DNA of 64,000 nt from Macrostomum hystrix (lineage: Eukaryota > Animalia > Platyhelminthes). The position numbers were made by a program, and so were the translations under genes. Below the pieces are notes generated by a model. The model saw only the letters and a list, made by a program, of their open reading frames with translations, was not told where the DNA came from and made no database searches. Within the stretch, counting starts at the first letter, position 1. Each line of letters starts with the position of its first letter. The stretch lies in the NCBI GenBank assembly GCA_950097015.1, contig CATNEN010000024.1, forward strand, positions 3,100,001 to 3,164,000, written 5' to 3'. Below are positions 60,665 through 64,000 of the stretch, piece after piece.

Positions 60665-60930
60665 TGCTTGCAGGAGAGCTGTGGGCAATGGCACATCATT
60701 TGGTGACAGTAGAGTCAATAAAGCTCATTCCGCTTACTCCTGAGCACACTCACACAGGTGTGTACATCTGCCCCTGACTTTGTCATCGTCAGGCAGAGTA
60801 CACTCTCACAGTAACTTGGAGTTTGGCCCTAAAAAGGCGAAACTCGCACGACAAGCCCCCAAGCCTTTTTTTCGCGGCCCAAATGAATTTGACTTCAACG
60901 CAGAATCGAGCTAGGGACGCTTTATCGAGA
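60665..60930 (-). mobile_element. SINE family 1 copy antisense in the PHLDB 3' region
   Basis: Homologous blocks shared with the other copies. Confidence 0.8.
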
Positions 60931-61554
60931 GGTAAGAAGACCAGAGGTAAGAAAACTCCGAAGCACGGATGCCTCCCTTTTGAATATGCATTTTTTAAGT
61001 CCAGTCAAGAAAGTAAAAGCTTTACTAATCGAAATCTTTAATTATTTTCGCGCTATAAAAAATAAGGCAAACTAACTGACTAGATAAATTCGTATTTGTC
61101 TCTTACTAGAAGTACTCAGTAAGTTAGAGATTATCACAGAAAAACAATTAAGGCTTATTAACATGTGATCGGTACTTTTATTTTGTACTTTTGGGGTCCA
61201 TACGATACCAAGCTAAACCTGATTTTATGTCGTAAAAATTCTATTTAAAGTGAAGAAATACACCAAGTTAAATTGTAGAAAGGAATATTTTTACTAATAA
61301 GCATTCCTTCATTAAGTAATAAAGATTGTTTCAATTTTGTTTTCGGTGAGAGTATGTTATACTCTAGTTCTTTTCTTCACACCAAATTCCCCTCGTCATT
61401 GCTGGATTTGAAAGACCGGTTGACATTGATTGGCCCCTGCATTGGTAATGAGGGAGTCTGCCCTCTCAGAAGCTCTAAGTAGCAATACACGAGCTTATAA
61501 CATCTCACCCATTGTATTGGTTATACGAGGCAAATAAATTAGTGACACAGAATG

Positions 61555-64000
61555 GGATTCTGTAAGATTCAGAAAGCGATTCTATAAAATTCAGTAAGTG
61601 ATTCTGTAAGATTCAGTAAGATATTCTGTAATATTCTGTAAGAGATTCTGTAAGATTCTGTAAGAGATTCCATAAAATTCAGTAAGTGATTCTGTAAGAT
61701 TCAGTAAGATATTCTGTAATATTTTGTAAGAGATTCTGTAAGATTCTGTAAGAGATTCCATAAAATTCAGTAAGTGATTCTGTAAGATTCAGTAAGATAT
61801 TCTGTAAGAATTTGTAAGAGATTCAGTAAGATTCTGTAAGAGATTCTATAAAATTCAGTAAGTGATTTTGTAAGATTCTGTAAGAGATTCCGTAAGATTC
61901 TGTAAGAGATTCTGTAAGAGATTCTGTAAGATTCTGTAAGAGATTCTGTAAGATTCTGTAAGAGATTCTGTAAGATTCTGTAAGAGATTCTGTAAGATTC
62001 TGTAAGAGATTCTATAATATTCAGTAAGTGATTTTGTAAGATTCTGTAAGAGATTCCGTAAGATTCTGTAAGAGATTCTGTACGATTCTGTAAGAGATTC
62101 TGTAAGATTCTGTAAGATTCTGTAAGAGATTCTATAAGATTCTGTAAGTGATTCTGTAAGATTCTGTAAGAGATTCTGTAAGATTCTGTAAGAGATTCTG
62201 TAAGATTCTGTAAGAGATTCTGTAAGATTCTGTAAGAGATTCTGTAAGATTCTGTAAGAGATTCTGTAAGATTCTGTAAGAGATTCTGTAAGATTCTGTA
62301 AGAGATTCTGTAAGATTCTGTAAGAGATTCTGTAAGATTCTGTAAGAGATTCTATAATATTCTGTAAGAGATTCTGTAAGATTCTGTAAGAGATTCTGTA
62401 AGATTCTGTAAGACATTCTATAAGATTCTGTAAGAGATTCTGTAAGATTCTGTAAGATTCTGTAAGAGATTCTGTAAGATTCTGTAAGATTCTGTAAGAT
62501 TCTGTAAAAGATTCTGTAAGATTCTGTAAGAGATTCTATAAGATTCTGTAAGTGATTCTGTAAGATTCTGTAAGATATTCTGTAAGATTCTGTAAGATTC
62601 TGTAAGAGATTCTGTAAGAGATTCTGTAAGATTCTGTAAGAGATTCTGTAAGATTCTGTAAGAGATTCTATAAGATTCTGTAAGTGATTCTGTAAGATTC
62701 AGTAAGTGATTCTGTAAGATTCTGTAAGAGATTCTGTAAGATTCTGTAAGAGATTCTGTAAGATTCTGTAAGAGATTCTGAAAGATTCTGTAAGAGATTC
62801 TGTAAAAGATTCTGTAAGATTCTGTAAGAGATTCTGTAAGATTCTGTAAGAGATTCTGTAAGATTCTGTAAGAGATTCTATAAGATTCTGTAAGTGATTC
62901 TGTAAGATTCAGTAAGATATTCTGTAATATTCTGTAAGAGATTCTGTAAGATTCTGTAAGAGATTCTATAAAATTCAGTAAGTGATTCTGTAAGATTCTG
63001 TAAGAGATTCTGTAAGATTCTGTAAGAGATTCTGTAAGATTCTGTAAGAGATTCTGAAAGATTCTGTAAGAGATTCTGTAAAAGATTCTGTAAGATTCTG
63101 TAAGAGATTCTGTAAGATTCTGTAAGAGATTCTGTAAGATTCTGTAAGAGATTCTATAATATTCTGTAAGAGATTCTGTAAGATTCTGTAAGAGATTCTG
63201 TAAGATTCTGTAAGACATTCTATAAGATTCTGTAAGATTCTATAAGATTCTGTAAGAGATTCTAAAAGATTCTGTAAGAGATTCTGTAAGATTCTGTAAG
63301 AGATTCTGTAAGATTCTGTAAGAGATTCTGTAAGAGATTCTGTAAGATTCTGTAAGAGATTCTATAATATTCTGTAAGAGATTCTGTAAGATTCTGTAAA
63401 AGATTCTGTAAGATTCTGTAAGAGATTCTGTAAGATTCTGTAAGAGATTCTGTAAGATTCTGTAAGAGATTCTATAATATTCTGTAAGAGATTCTGTAAG
63501 ATTCTGTAAGAGATTCTGTAAGATTCTGTAAGAGATTCTGTAAGATTCTGTAAGAGATTCTGTAAGATTCTGTAAGAGATTCTATAATATTCAGTAAGTG
63601 ATTTTGTAAGATTCTGTAAGAGATTCCGTAAGATTCTGTAAGAGATTCTGTACGATTCTGTAAGAGATTCTGTAAGCTTCTTTAAGATTCTGTAAGAGAT
63701 TCTATAAGATTCTGTAAGTGATTCTGTAAGATTCTGTAAGAGATTCTGTAAGATTCTGTAAGAGATTCTGTAAGATTCTGTAAGAGATTCTGTAAGATTC
63801 TGTAAGAGATTCTATAAAATTCAGTAAGTGATTCTGTAAGATTTTGTAAGAGATTCTGTAAGATTCTGTAAGAGATTCTGTAATATTCTGTAAGAGATTC
63901 TGTAAGATTCTGTAAGATTCTGTAAGAGATTCTGTAAGATTCTGTAAGAGATTCTATAAGATTCTGTAAGTGATTCTGTAAGATTCTGTAAGATATTCTG
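61555..64000. repeat. 10/12-bp (22-bp composite) satellite (AGATTCTGTAAGATTCTGTAAG), runs off the window
   Basis: Tandem units visible. Source of the ESYRIL and LQNL pseudo-ORFs. Confidence 0.97.

Noticed and set aside
15986-64000. Long repetitive ORFs in the track (MVTSLKS, RHHGFEG, SVDQPASIP, SHLPPVS, NCESSEL, IHNSIRR, LGDHCQ, STQVLKH, IDNFIPS, SPSCYP, GEIGE, FTPSLS, LTGSSGS, ESYRIL)
   Set aside because: They are translations of tandem minisatellite units that lack stops in several frames and on both strands. Most lie inside introns of genes modelled here.

Overview
Eukaryotic, intron-rich genomic DNA from an invertebrate. The combination of short GT-AG introns, low-complexity Ala/Gln/Ser coding regions, tRNA-derived SINEs and dense intronic minisatellites suggests a free-living flatworm such as Macrostomum; this is an inference, not a demonstration. 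Spliced genes rebuilt by hand with consistent intron phases: a coiled-coil orphan (+, 4265-6532), FBXO36-like (+, 9351-11633), a PARP4/vPARP C-terminal-only gene (+, 12754-14486), an NPY/NPF neuropeptide precursor not in the ORF track (-, 15587-17486), a DH-only RhoGEF (-, 24402-31306), a divergent ionotropic glutamate receptor (+, 36460-42011) followed by a truncated copy of its exon 1, METTL27-like (+, 44135-46356) and PHLDB/LL5-like (+, 49200-60560). Mobile DNA: about 9 copies or fragments of one tRNA-SINE family, about 4 of a second (MetaSINE-like) family, a near full-length RTE-type LINE nested with a SINE inside one 13-bp target-site duplication (TSD), a LINE 3' fragment, a ~1.05-kb MITE and a small dispersed repeat family. 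Roughly a quarter of the window (about 17 kb, estimated by hand) is locus-specific tandem minisatellite, which explains most long repetitive ORFs in the track. Leading candidates for novelty: the SINE+RTE nest, complementary purine and pyrimidine arrays bracketing a PHLDB exon, a vPARP module without a catalytic domain, an iGluR whose gate reads VYTGDLASDL, and an N-terminally extended NPF. No CRISPR array, rRNA or intact tRNA gene was seen.
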